The notes below the pieces were generated by a model that was not told the DNA's origin, ran no database searches, and was given only the letters and a program-made list of their open reading frames with translations. A DNA stretch of 64,000 bases from the NCBI GenBank assembly GCA_041907145.1, contig JAYRHW010000283.1:1304-65303 (forward strand), written 5' to 3'. Of this stretch, positions 1-9,687 are shown in pieces. Position numbers and translations under genes: made by a program. How positions within the stretch are numbered: position 1 is the stretch's first letter; the number at the start of each line of letters is the position of its first letter. The stretch comes from Bdellovibrionota bacterium (lineage in GTDB: Bacteria > Bdellovibrionota_C > UBA2361 > JAFLCA01).

Positions 1-263
1 GTAGTCACTCCCGCGCAGCCGGCGGCAAGCTCCTCGATAACCAAGCAGGCATCAAAAAGAGAAAGCCCAGTGCCACCGCACTCCGCCGGCTGAATTAAAT
101 TCATCAGCCCCAAGGCGTGAGCCTTTTTGATTACTTCCGCGGGAAAATCACCAGATTCGTCGAACTCTTTGGCGATTGGCACAACCTCTGCGGCGACGAA
201 TCGCCGAGCCTCGTCTCTTAGCGCAATCTGCTCCTCGCTCAATCCGTAATCATCAGCCTTCAT
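1..263 (-). CDS. acyl-CoA dehydrogenase, N-terminal fragment (gene runs off the left window edge)
   Basis: Reverse-complement translation from the ATG at 263-261 gives MKADDYGLSEEQIALRDEARRFVAAEVVPIAKEFDESGDFP, a typical ACAD N-terminus. A GGAGG-like SD sits about 10 nt upstream (fwd tcctcc 274-279). Confidence 0.7.
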   Translation of the reverse strand, partial: MKADDYGLSEEQIALRDEARRFVAAEVVPIAKEFDESGDFPAEVIKKAHALGLMNLIQPAECGGTGLSLFDACLVIEELAAGCAGVT

Positions 264-310
264 AGGTTATCTCCTCCTTGACGATAGCGAGGATGTTATC
301 GACAGGAAAC

Positions 311-342
311 AATAAAAAAAGCCCGCCATCCGGCGGGCTTTA
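311..342 (-). terminator. rho-independent terminator downstream of the IclR-family gene
   Basis: Perfect GC-rich hairpin aagcccgcc-atcc-ggcgggctt (319-340). On the minus strand it is followed by a run of seven U (fwd aaaaaaa 314-320). It lies 38 nt past the IclR stop at 378. Confidence 0.7.
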
Positions 343-377
343 CGAGAAGTGCGCAAGCGGAAACCGTGAGGTCTCCC

Positions 378-1193
378 TTACTCTATTCGGGTAGCGCGCT
401 CCTCAGAGGGAGTGCGAGCAATCTCTTTCTCGATGCTAGATCCCAACGAGCTACGAGTTGCCCCCAGAGCATTCGAAAGCTGCGTAACTGCTTCCTCGAT
501 CTGCGGGAGCAAGACTTCAACCTTGGCGCGGTATTGCGGAGTCAAAACCTCAACAGCACCGACCACCTCATTCTTTGGACCGCGTACGACACGGCAGATT
601 GAGACAACATCCGGCTCGACAGCGCCGCGGTCAATGAGCTGCCCACTGTTACGGAGCTCATTCAACTGATTTCGAATGGCCGCGTCCTGCGGAGTATTCG
701 TAGCCAATAACTCACTGAGCACTGCATCCGACAACTGCGCGGTGAGGAGTCGGCCAGCAGCACTCATTTTGGCTGCGAAGGAGACCGCCACTCGAGGGGC
801 CACTTTTACTGGGCGTTTGGACTCGACACTTACGGGGAACTGCACCTGGCCGTTTTGCAGGACAGCCAGACTAACGGTCTCCCCGACTCGATCGGCAAGA
901 GCACGCAAAATCGGAAGGGCGCGATTAACGAGCGTGCTCTGCGCGAGATACGACTGCCCCAACTGCAATGCCTTGACTCCCAAACGGTAATCCTCGCTAT
1001 CGTGGTTCTGCTCGACATAGCCGCGAAGCTCGAGCGTAGCCAAAAGGCGAAACACGTTATTCTTATGGAGCTTCAGACGCTTGGAGAGCTCTGTCACGCC
1101 GACCTCGCCATGGGAGTTGCACAACTCCTCGAGCACATCGATGGCATGCGAAACCGACTGAATCATGTAATTGGCTTTTTCTCTCTTCACCAT
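378..1193 (-). CDS. IclR-family transcriptional regulator
   Basis: 271-aa ORF with an N-terminal HTH (LEELCNSHGEVGVTELSKRLKLHKNNVFRLLATL) and a C-terminal IclR effector-domain-like region. Confidence 0.8.
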   Translation of the reverse strand: MVKREKANYMIQSVSHAIDVLEELCNSHGEVGVTELSKRLKLHKNNVFRLLATLELRGYVEQNHDSEDYRLGVKALQLGQSYLAQSTLVNRALPILRALADRVGETVSLAVLQNGQVQFPVSVESKRPVKVAPRVAVSFAAKMSAAGRLLTAQLSDAVLSELLATNTPQDAAIRNQLNELRNSGQLIDRGAVEPDVVSICRVVRGPKNEVVGAVEVLTPQYRAKVEVLLPQIEEAVTQLSNALGATRSSLGSSIEKEIARTPSEERATRIE

Positions 1194-1385
1194 ACCTGCT
1201 ATTCCGATTAAGAACCCAAAAATACAGCTGAAATCTCATTGTTCTTAGCGCGATAATTCAAGAAACCAGCGAGTTAGCAGCTCGACTAAGAACGTGTTTT
1301 ACTGGCACTCATTGGCTTATAACAGGTAGATTACCCAAAGGCAATTGTGAATTTTTTCAACGATCTATCAGAGAAGCAGGCCCGT

Positions 1386-2162
1386 TTAGCGGATGAGGTC
1401 CGCCATTTGATATAGCCCTGCTGATTTACCCATTAGGGCCTCCAGGGCGCGCAGACCACCGCGGGCAAATATACCGCGATCGGAGGTGCGGTGGGTGAGC
1501 TCAATGCGCTCGCCCTGCCCAAGGAAAAAGACGGTATGCTCACCCAACACCTCTCCGCCCCTAAGGCTTGCCACTCCAACCGAATCCGGAGTGCGGGCCC
1601 CAGGCTCCGCTCCGCGCGCCGGAACGAGACTGAGACCACCGGCCTCTGACATCGCCTTTCCGAGCGTCAAAGCCGTACCCGAAGGAGCGTCCTTCTTGTG
1701 CTGGTGATGAATCTCGAAGATCTCGGCTTGGAATCCGGATCCAAGCATGCGCTGAGCCGTAAGACAAAGCTGCTTTAGCACATGCACTGCGGTCGAAAGA
1801 TTAGCCGATATGAGAATTGGGCAGCGCTCCGAAGCTCGGCGCAGACTCGCCAACTGATCTGCATTCTGCCCGCTGGAAGCGATGACGACTGGTCGCTGAT
1901 ACCGGGCGCATAAATCCGCAACCCGCACGCTCGAAACCGCTCCGCTAAATTCAATGACCCCATCTGCGCCTCTTATCGCTGATTCTAAATCCGCGCTAAA
2001 GCGCTGCTCATGGTAAGGAACCGGACAGTTCTGCCCGAGATGTTTCGAGCGTGGTGAAACTACGGCTGACGAGAGTGCAAACGCGGGAAACTCCGGCAAA
2101 ACCTTTAGCACCTCGCTACCGGCTCTTCCCGAAGCGCCTATGACGGCCAAGCGAATAGACAT
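1386..2162 (-). CDS. dapB: 4-hydroxy-tetrahydrodipicolinate reductase
   Basis: 258 aa. The N-terminal Rossmann motif MSIRLAVIGASGRAG is typical DapB. It sits next to dapA. Confidence 0.85.
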   Translation of the reverse strand: MSIRLAVIGASGRAGSEVLKVLPEFPAFALSSAVVSPRSKHLGQNCPVPYHEQRFSADLESAIRGADGVIEFSGAVSSVRVADLCARYQRPVVIASSGQNADQLASLRRASERCPILISANLSTAVHVLKQLCLTAQRMLGSGFQAEIFEIHHQHKKDAPSGTALTLGKAMSEAGGLSLVPARGAEPGARTPDSVGVASLRGGEVLGEHTVFFLGQGERIELTHRTSDRGIFARGGLRALEALMGKSAGLYQMADLIR

Positions 2163-2167
2163 TGAGG

Positions 2168-3046
2168 TTACAGAAGCCCCTTGATGCGCTCTATCGTGCT
2201 GGGTTGGGCTGCGACCAACGGTAGTCGAAGAGTCGGGTGACGAATTATTCCCCGCAAAGCCAAAGCGGTCTTCACAGGTATGGGATTAGTCTCGCAAAAC
2301 ATAGCGCGAACCATGGGAAGAACTTTTACTTGCGCCTGGAGTGAGTCCTCCCAATGGCAGGAACGCGCTGCATCGGTAATGGCGAGCGTCTCCTTCGGCC
2401 ATACGTTCGAAATGACCGAAATCACGCCGGTGCCGCCCGCAGCCATGGTGGCGTGTATCAGCCCATCCTCCCCCGACAAGATCGATATTGAGCGCTGAGT
2501 CAGCGCGAACGTATCCAAGGTTTGAGCAAGCGAGCCGCTGGCGTCCTTAAGCCCTATGATTATTCCCCGCTTGGCCAAAGAAGCAACGGTTTCCGGCAAC
2601 ATATTCACAGAAGTTCGACCGGGAACGTTGTAGGCGATAATCGGCAACGTACCTGCCGATCGCACCGCCAAAAAATGCTGCACGATACCATCTTGGGTAG
2701 GCTTATTATACGGAGGGGTAACGAGCAGAATCCCGTCCACGCCGGAGTCCTCGAGGTATTTCGCTAGAGAAACGGCCCGCGCGGTGCTACTTCCCCCAAC
2801 TCCGGCAATAAGCGGCACGCGGCCCTTGATGTGATTGATAGCCGCGGAAACAATCTCGCGATACTCGTTGTCCTCGATCGTCGCTGCTTCACCAGTAGAT
2901 CCGCAAACCACGAGGCCGTTTACTCCGGCGGCAATTTGATAATCAATCAAGGAGCACAGCGACTGAATATCCGGGGCAGAACCATCGTGCGTAAACGGCG
3001 TCGCGAGCGCGGTGAAAGTACCTAATAGAGATAGGTTTCGAGACAT
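2168..3046 (-). CDS. dapA: 4-hydroxy-tetrahydrodipicolinate synthase
   Basis: 292 aa with DapA-family motifs (TALATPF, VVCGSTGE, GVGGSSTAR). Adjacent to dapB. Confidence 0.85.
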   Translation of the reverse strand: MSRNLSLLGTFTALATPFTHDGSAPDIQSLCSLIDYQIAAGVNGLVVCGSTGEAATIEDNEYREIVSAAINHIKGRVPLIAGVGGSSTARAVSLAKYLEDSGVDGILLVTPPYNKPTQDGIVQHFLAVRSAGTLPIIAYNVPGRTSVNMLPETVASLAKRGIIIGLKDASGSLAQTLDTFALTQRSISILSGEDGLIHATMAAGGTGVISVISNVWPKETLAITDAARSCHWEDSLQAQVKVLPMVRAMFCETNPIPVKTALALRGIIRHPTLRLPLVAAQPSTIERIKGLL

Positions 3047-3048
3047 AA

Positions 3049-3624
3049 CTACTCTTCGAGTTCTTCTTCGGAAAGTATCGTCGAATGATCCACCGACTTC
3101 ACATCAGAGGCCTCTCCGCGCCACAATACTTGAACCAGCTGAAAGGACTCGCCCTCGACTCCTCCCTGGTTATACGGAACCACCTTATAGAGGTACGTAG
3201 ATCCAGCCTTAACCCCGTTATCGAGAAAGCTAAATTGCTTCAGATCATCGGAGATATGAACTCGACGGGTAGGTCTCCCTGCCGCCTTGGCCTCGTCTTT
3301 TGCCTTGGTTAGGGCTGCAAATGCCGTATCGGCGACAGAGCCCACTATGGCGAAATTATCTTGAAGATCGATCGCGTCCTTGGCTGTCAAAAGCTGCTTC
3401 CGATACACACGATAGCCATCCAGCGAGGTCAGTGACTTGCCCCGCTGATCGGAATCGGGAGCGCGCCAAGTAAACGCTACGCCGTCAAGCGTTCCTTTGA
3501 CGGTCAGAGCGCCGACAGCCTCCGGAGCAACCTTCTCCGGTGCGACGGGGGGCGCATAGCGACCGCATGAAGATAGAGAGATTCCTGCAGCGCAGAGTAT
3601 AATGAAGTGAGCCAGGGTTTTCAT
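3049..3624 (-). CDS. hypothetical lipoprotein, Fn3-like
   Basis: Lipoprotein signal peptide with a lipobox (LSSCG). The body is a beta-rich region resembling a fibronectin-III fold. No recognisable family. Confidence 0.5.
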   Translation of the reverse strand: MKTLAHFIILCAAGISLSSCGRYAPPVAPEKVAPEAVGALTVKGTLDGVAFTWRAPDSDQRGKSLTSLDGYRVYRKQLLTAKDAIDLQDNFAIVGSVADTAFAALTKAKDEAKAAGRPTRRVHISDDLKQFSFLDNGVKAGSTYLYKVVPYNQGGVEGESFQLVQVLWRGEASDVKSVDHSTILSEEELEE

Positions 3625-3740
3625 AGAATGCTCGTAATGGGCGCGGAAACGCGCGATAGCCGACCAGCCGAAAGTCTACACCACGGCAGAGCGAATTCCC
3701 AGCCAAAACCCGGAATGGACTCTCCTAAGCAGAACAATCG

Positions 3741-4307
3741 CTACTTGTCGACGAACCCGCGCAGACGCTTGCTACGACTAGGGTGCCGAAGTTTGCGCAG
3801 TGCTTTGGCCTCAATTTGGCGGATACGCTCACGAGTGACATCGAAGTTCTGACCAACCTCCTCGAGAGTATGATCGCTCTTCTCCCCGATACCGAACCGC
3901 ATGCGCAGCACTTTCTCCTCGCGAGGGGTAAGCGTTGCAAGCACCTTTCGAGTCTGCTCCTGCAGGTTCATGTTCACGACCGCATTAGCAGGGGACACGA
4001 CGCGCTTATCCTCGATGAAGTCTCCCAGATGGGAATCCTCTTCCTCGCCAATCGGAGTTTCCAGAGAAATAGGCTCCTTTGCGATCTTCAGAACCTTGCG
4101 GACCTTATCGATCGGTATCTCCATCTTTTCCGCGATCTCTTCCGGGGTCGGCTCACGGCCCAACTCCTGGACAAGTTGTCGCGAGGTGCGCACCAACTTA
4201 TTGATCGTTTCAATCATATGAACGGGGATACGAATGATTCTGGCCTGATCGGCAATCGCCCTCGTGATCGCTTGTCGAATCCACCAGGTGGCGTAGGTAG
4301 AGAACAT
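3741..4307 (-). CDS. rpoD: RNA polymerase sigma-70 (RpoD), C-terminal segment (regions 2.2-4.2), separated from the N-terminal segment by an in-frame TAA
   Basis: [22 protein letters not shown]...[14 protein letters not shown]...[14 protein letters not shown]...[33 protein letters not shown] is canonical sigma-70 region 2-4. The called ATG comes from a K-to-M change relative to the family consensus. Confidence 0.85.
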   Translation of the reverse strand: MFSTYATWWIRQAITRAIADQARIIRIPVHMIETINKLVRTSRQLVQELGREPTPEEIAEKMEIPIDKVRKVLKIAKEPISLETPIGEEEDSHLGDFIEDKRVVSPANAVVNMNLQEQTRKVLATLTPREEKVLRMRFGIGEKSDHTLEEVGQNFDVTRERIRQIEAKALRKLRHPSRSKRLRGFVDK

Positions 4308-4319
4308 ATAGACGCGCTG

Positions 4320-5930
4320 TTACTCTAACTTATCCACGGCCTTCATCAGGCCGATATTTCCTTCCTGGATAAGATCGAGAAATTGCAATCCGCGATTGGT
4401 ATACTTCTTGGCGATCGACACCACCAAGCGCAGATTCGCCTCAACTAACTCCCGCTTAGCTTCATAAGCACGCACCTCGCCGTCACGCAAAACGCGAACG
4501 CAGCGCTGGTACTCAGCAATATCCATGAGAACTTTATTCTCATGCTCATCAAGCTTCTCCTTCACGGCTCGTAACTGGTCGCCCAAATCACGCGCTTCAG
4601 TGGCCTTCATTTTCAGGCGGCGACAAGCGCGTTTAAACTCAAGCTGATTCGGCGAAACGAGCTCGGGCATAGCCTCCAGCAACTCGGCACGCGGCCTGCC
4701 CACCCCTCTCTCTACGGCACCGAGCTCTGTCATTACGGCCTTGATAGTATCATCGGTCTCCTTGATGAGGTTGCTCATCTTGGCATACTGCTTGCCGTTC
4801 AGATTAAGCTTGATGATCTTGTTCGCATTGGCATCCAAGATCCGTCGATAGCGACGCTCGACCTCGGGTAAGTTGCGCTTATGCTGGCGCCTTGCAATGC
4901 GTAAATCTTCGAAAATCCTATGCGTGTCCTTGAGCGCCTTTTTATAAAGCGAGGCTCTCTTGAGAAATTTCTTGCGCTGCTCCTCGTCTTCCTGGTTGAC
5001 CTGTGGAGTCTTATCGTCCTCCTTTTGAGCGTCGTACTCGCCTTCCTCGTCCTCAGTAGGGCGCGGCTTCTTCTGTTCCTCCTCTTCCTCCTTCTCTTCG
5101 GCCTCGGCGGAGTCCTGCTCAGCCTCTTCCTCTTCGAAGAGATCGCGCAGTCGAACTTCTTCATTCTTAACTTGATCGAACAAGTTTACCGTGTAGAGCA
5201 GTGAAAGCGGCTGGCGCAGGGTCTGGTCCGTTGCAGCCTTAAGTCCAGCCTCTATTTTCTTGGCGATTTCTACTTCACCTTCACGAGTGAGAAGGCTTAC
5301 GTTTCCCATTTCGCGCAAATACATGCGCACGGGATCTGAGCTCTTGCCAAGCGCCGATGCATCGAGCGAATCGTCACCCGCCGGCTCCGGAGCAATGCCC
5401 GGATCCATCGCCTCTTCGAAGCCCTCGCTGTTCTGGTCTACGATATCGATATCGTTTTCACCGAACATGGAGATGACGTCTTCCATTTGGTCTTCGCTGA
5501 CCAGTTCGGAATCCAGTGCTTCATTCAAGTCTTCAACAGTGAGATAGCCCTTCTCCTTGCCGAGTTCCATCAAACGCGCGACTTCGACTTCCCCAACACC
5601 GCCCTTCTCGCCCTTCTTATCGGCTCCTGCAGGGCGATCCGTTTCGCCAGCAGTTTCATCCCGCGGTTTGCGTTCGAGTACCGGACCTGCCTTGGTCATT
5701 TTTACTACTGAGCGGGGCTGCTCGTGTTCCTTGCTTCCCTCGGCCTTCACAGCTCCGCGCTTCAGGTCCGTCGGCTCCGCATCAGAATCGCTCTTCTTCT
5801 TGCGGAGAGGAAGTGCCAGGCGTTTGCCCTTGAGCTTCACGACGGCGCGCGTTTTGACAGTTGACTTGGCAGCAAGCTTGACATCGCGTGCACCAGCGTC
5901 ACGCTTCTTAATTCTCTTCTTTACTTTCAC
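4320..5930 (-). CDS. rpoD: RNA polymerase sigma-70 (RpoD), N-terminal segment (region 1.1, acidic insert, 1.2, 2.1), ending at an in-frame TAA
   Basis: Ends ...[37 protein letters not shown]. It carries a long D/E-rich insert. The reading frame continues directly into the 3741..4307 segment. Confidence 0.85.
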   Translation of the reverse strand: MKVKKRIKKRDAGARDVKLAAKSTVKTRAVVKLKGKRLALPLRKKKSDSDAEPTDLKRGAVKAEGSKEHEQPRSVVKMTKAGPVLERKPRDETAGETDRPAGADKKGEKGGVGEVEVARLMELGKEKGYLTVEDLNEALDSELVSEDQMEDVISMFGENDIDIVDQNSEGFEEAMDPGIAPEPAGDDSLDASALGKSSDPVRMYLREMGNVSLLTREGEVEIAKKIEAGLKAATDQTLRQPLSLLYTVNLFDQVKNEEVRLRDLFEEEEAEQDSAEAEEKEEEEEQKKPRPTEDEEGEYDAQKEDDKTPQVNQEDEEQRKKFLKRASLYKKALKDTHRIFEDLRIARRQHKRNLPEVERRYRRILDANANKIIKLNLNGKQYAKMSNLIKETDDTIKAVMTELGAVERGVGRPRAELLEAMPELVSPNQLEFKRACRRLKMKATEARDLGDQLRAVKEKLDEHENKVLMDIAEYQRCVRVLRDGEVRAYEAKRELVEANLRLVVSIAKKYTNRGLQFLDLIQEGNIGLMKAVDKLE

Positions 5931-6071
5931 GGACTGTTACCACCCTAAAAATGATAGGCGCACTCGAGTTGAATTTTGGCAAAATGAGATTACTTTCCGG
6001 CTGAAAAGCACCGACCCGACATCATAAGAATACTGAGCGAAATTACAAGACTACCAACCCTACACCGACGC

Positions 6072-7907
6072 TTAAAGTTGCTCAAGTCGGCGCTTGAGAA
6101 GGATCTTCTCATGCGCGAGCTCGGCCTTATGTTCCATAGCCTCGAGTTGCGACATTCGGACATCTATCTCTGTAATAGCTTGATTTAGCTTGAGTTTTTT
6201 GAAATGACTACGGCACTCGAGGACGCTCCGTTCGAAGTCCACCTCAGAATCCCCCTCCATCTCGTAGGAGCGGCGCCAATGAACGGTCCAGGAGTCACCA
6301 AATTCCTTTAGAAGGCCCTTTATGGTCTCTCGCTTCTCACTATCCGAGCGCCCCGCCTCAGAAACTACCGCATGCAGCCCTTCGATAAACCTCAAGGTCG
6401 ATGGATGCAGCCCCTCGCAAATATCAGCGTCCCGCAAAAGCTCGCTCGTGACTCTCTCCTTTAAAACCATCGCCGCGTGCAGGAGCTCGCGATCGGCCAA
6501 GGGGAGTTTCTCCACCTGAAGCACCGCCTGCGTCTCCTCGCTCCGCTTCTGCGGAGATGACTCCTGCACCGAAGTTGGGGAGCTCGTGCCATCCGGCTTC
6601 ACCAGAGCCTGCAGGTCTTTAGGATCGACCAAGAGTTTCAAAGCAGCTCGCTGCAGTAGGTCGCTCAGCTCAATGGTATTACGTACCCTTCGAAGAACGG
6701 CCACTAACTCCTCGGCTAATTTCCCCTTGGCAGCAGCCCCCATATCCTTGGCATCTTTCCACCCCGCCCGTGCCAGCAATGAGTCGATGAAGCAGTCCAG
6801 TAGAGAGACTCGCTCCAGCTGCTTGAGATAGGCTTCAGTCCTAGCCCCATGCTGCAAAGCGAGGGTATCGGGATCCTCACCATCCGGAATAAATAGAGCA
6901 TGAACATCGATCCCGCTATTAAGAAATATCGGAAAACACTTCGCGGCGGCAGTGCGCCCGGCAACATCGCCGTCAAAGAGAACATGCACTCGCTCCACCA
7001 GATGCTGAAGCCTCTTTACGTGCTGTTCGCTGACCGCCGTACCACAGGTGGCCACTACATTACGCACGCCGGCCTGCCAGAGGCCGACAACGTCCATATA
7101 CCCCTCGACCAAGTATACCTCCTTAACCTTTCGGATGGCGTCGAGCGCCTGGGGCAATCCGAAGAGAATTCGGTTCTTTTGGTAAACTGGAGTTTCCGGA
7201 GAATTCAGGTATTTTGGCGCGTTCCTGGCGGCACTGTCTTCGGCGAGAGCTGGAACGATTCGTCCGCCAAATCCGGCAATCTTGCGACCTTCAATAAGAA
7301 TGGGGAAGATTATCCGCGCTCGAAATGTGTCGTAGAGATCTCCCCGCGGGCTTCGGCGGATAAGACCTGACTGTAATAGCAGTGCCTCATCAAACTTATT
7401 CCTCTTCAGTTCCTCAGCGAGCGCGCCCCAGACGGCTGGTGCGTAACCGAATCCGAATTCATGAAGGGCCTTTTCGTTGATGTGCCTGGAAGTCAAATAC
7501 TCTTTGACCTGCGCTGGGGCAGACGCAAGCTGGCTGCGAAAAAACTCCTGAGCCATATTGTTGATGGCGAAGAGAATATCCCTGTGGGGAGCTTCCTGTT
7601 TTTGCGCGGTGCCGCCTTCGCGGCGAACTTCAATTCCGTAACGAGCGGCCAGCTCCTCGACAGCGTCCGGAAAGGAGAGCCCCCTGCTCTCCATCACGTA
7701 GGTGATCACATTTCCCGATACACCACAGCCAAAGCAGTGATAATAGCGACCGTTATCACGAATATGAAACGATGGCGTCTTCTCCGAATGGAACGGGCAA
7801 AGCGCGGTGAAGTGGGCGCCATTTCGCTTCAATTGAGTTTGTTCCCCGACAAGATCGACGAGGCTGGCGCGTTCCTTAATTTCCTCGATAGTAGTTGCGG
7901 ATATCAC
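6072..7907 (-). CDS. dnaG: DNA primase
   Basis: 611 aa with a CHC2 zinc-finger (CPFHSEKTPSFHIRDNGRYYHCFGCG) and TOPRIM region (EGYMDV). Classic position upstream of rpoD. Confidence 0.9.
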   Translation of the reverse strand: MISATTIEEIKERASLVDLVGEQTQLKRNGAHFTALCPFHSEKTPSFHIRDNGRYYHCFGCGVSGNVITYVMESRGLSFPDAVEELAARYGIEVRREGGTAQKQEAPHRDILFAINNMAQEFFRSQLASAPAQVKEYLTSRHINEKALHEFGFGYAPAVWGALAEELKRNKFDEALLLQSGLIRRSPRGDLYDTFRARIIFPILIEGRKIAGFGGRIVPALAEDSAARNAPKYLNSPETPVYQKNRILFGLPQALDAIRKVKEVYLVEGYMDVVGLWQAGVRNVVATCGTAVSEQHVKRLQHLVERVHVLFDGDVAGRTAAAKCFPIFLNSGIDVHALFIPDGEDPDTLALQHGARTEAYLKQLERVSLLDCFIDSLLARAGWKDAKDMGAAAKGKLAEELVAVLRRVRNTIELSDLLQRAALKLLVDPKDLQALVKPDGTSSPTSVQESSPQKRSEETQAVLQVEKLPLADRELLHAAMVLKERVTSELLRDADICEGLHPSTLRFIEGLHAVVSEAGRSDSEKRETIKGLLKEFGDSWTVHWRRSYEMEGDSEVDFERSVLECRSHFKKLKLNQAITEIDVRMSQLEAMEHKAELAHEKILLKRRLEQL

Positions 7908-7913
7908 AGTATA

Positions 7914-9104
7914 TCAAACGGTACGAATGAGGATGGCGATTCCCTGCCCGCCTCCAACGCATAGCGTGGCTAGCCCGAGGGAGCCGTTCGCGCGTCGCAG
8001 CTGATGCACTAAGGTTACCAAAATTCGTGCGCCGCTCGCGCCGATGGGGTGCCCAAGCGCGATAGCTCCGCCGCAAACATTGACCTTACGAACGTCCCAC
8101 TCGAGTAGTTTGTTCACTGCCAGCGCCTGCGCGGCAAAGGCTTCATTCGCTTCTATTAGGTCGACTTGTTCGATAGAGACTCCGGTCTTGGCTAGAACCT
8201 TTTTCACCGCCCCCACCGGACCGATGCCCATAACTTCGGGTTCAACTGCGGCGCTTGCCCAACCGAGGATTTCCGCCAGGGGGGATACTCCCCATGCATC
8301 GGCTTGCGTCTTCGAAGCTAGAACCACCGCAGCCGCTCCATCGTTGATTCCCGACGCATTACCGGCGGTAACAGTTCCATCCTTCTTGAAGGCGGGCCGC
8401 AAGCTCTTGAGGGATTCCAGCGTGCAGTCCTTGCGCGGATGCTCGTCGATTTGGAAGGTTCCCGTCACCTTTCCCCGCTTCATGAGCGGTACGGCAACCA
8501 CCTCGTCGGAGAATGCGCCGCTTGCCAGCGCCGCCTGAGCCTTTAGTTGACTGCCATAGGCGAATTCGTCCTGAGCCTCTCGACTGATTCCGTAGCGCTC
8601 CGCCAAATTCTCAGCCGTAATCCCCATATGACAGGAATTGAAGACATCGGTCAGGCCATCCTGCAGAATTAAGTCGCGCAATTCGCCATGTCCTAGACGG
8701 GAGCCCCAGCGCGCCCCGAGCGAGACGTACCCAGCCTGCGACATGCTTTCCACCCCCCCTGCCGCGATGCACTGCGCGTTTCCGCACGAGATTTCAGCGG
8801 CAGCAAGCGCGATTGCCTTCAACCCAGAGCCGCAAACCTTATTCACGGTGTAAGCCGGGGTGCCTATGGCCAGACCTGACTTAAGGCATACCTGACGAGC
8901 GAGATTCATCCCTTGTCCAGCCGCCAGCACATTTCCAAGAATGACTTCGTCGAGGGTCGCACCTTCGGGCACTCTGGCACGGCGCAAGGCCTCCTTAAAG
9001 GCAATTGCCCCAAGCTCCGCCGGAGCCGTATCGATTAAGCTACCGCCAAACCCGCCAATTGCGGTACGAGCCGCAGATACTAGAAATACTGGCTCAGTGC
9101 GCAT
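7914..9104 (-). CDS. acetyl-CoA C-acetyltransferase (thiolase)
   Basis: 396 aa with the thiolase active-site Cys region (VNKVCGSGLKAI) and the C-terminal CVGGGQGIA motif. Confidence 0.85.
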   Translation of the reverse strand: MRTEPVFLVSAARTAIGGFGGSLIDTAPAELGAIAFKEALRRARVPEGATLDEVILGNVLAAGQGMNLARQVCLKSGLAIGTPAYTVNKVCGSGLKAIALAAAEISCGNAQCIAAGGVESMSQAGYVSLGARWGSRLGHGELRDLILQDGLTDVFNSCHMGITAENLAERYGISREAQDEFAYGSQLKAQAALASGAFSDEVVAVPLMKRGKVTGTFQIDEHPRKDCTLESLKSLRPAFKKDGTVTAGNASGINDGAAAVVLASKTQADAWGVSPLAEILGWASAAVEPEVMGIGPVGAVKKVLAKTGVSIEQVDLIEANEAFAAQALAVNKLLEWDVRKVNVCGGAIALGHPIGASGARILVTLVHQLRRANGSLGLATLCVGGGQGIAILIRTV

Positions 9105-9106
9105 GA

Positions 9107-9619
9107 CTATCCCTCGTTCTCTTCCCCACCGGAAGTATATTCATACTCGACAAAGATCTCGACAATTTCGTATTCCTTTGCGCCACCAGGCAGGGCCACT
9201 TTGACAACATCGCCCTGCTCCTTTCCGATGAGCGCCTTTCCCAGCGGAGACTCAAAGGAGATCCATCCGCGGTCAACATCGGACTCCTCGGATCCAACGA
9301 TGCTGATGGTCTTTCTGTCGCCGGAGTTCAATTCCTCGATTGTCGCGGATAAACCGAAAACCACCTTGGTCACATTTGAAATCTTTCGCGGATCGATTAT
9401 CTCCGCCATCGATAAGCGGGTCTCGATATCGCGGATTTTACCCTCGACCATTCCAGACTTATTCTTGGCGGCATCGTAATCTCCATTCTCGGAAAGATCG
9501 CCGTGCCCGCGAGCAATCTCGATCGCGCGCGCAAGTTCTGGTCGCATGGCCTTTAGCTTCAGCAGCTCAGAGCGAAGAGAATCATAGCCGCGCGGAGTCA
9601 TTGGTCTTTTCATGAACAC
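9107..9619 (-). CDS. greA: transcription elongation factor GreA
   Basis: 170 aa. The coiled-coil N-terminus carries the conserved acidic tip (GDLSENGDYDAAK) and is followed by an FKBP-like C-terminus. Confidence 0.85.
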   Translation of the reverse strand: MFMKRPMTPRGYDSLRSELLKLKAMRPELARAIEIARGHGDLSENGDYDAAKNKSGMVEGKIRDIETRLSMAEIIDPRKISNVTKVVFGLSATIEELNSGDRKTISIVGSEESDVDRGWISFESPLGKALIGKEQGDVVKVALPGGAKEYEIVEIFVEYEYTSGGEENEG

Positions 9620-9687
9620 CTCGTTCTACAGGAACCTTCGACCTTAACGCACTACAGGCCGAAGTTCAATGCATTCAGAATGATGGA

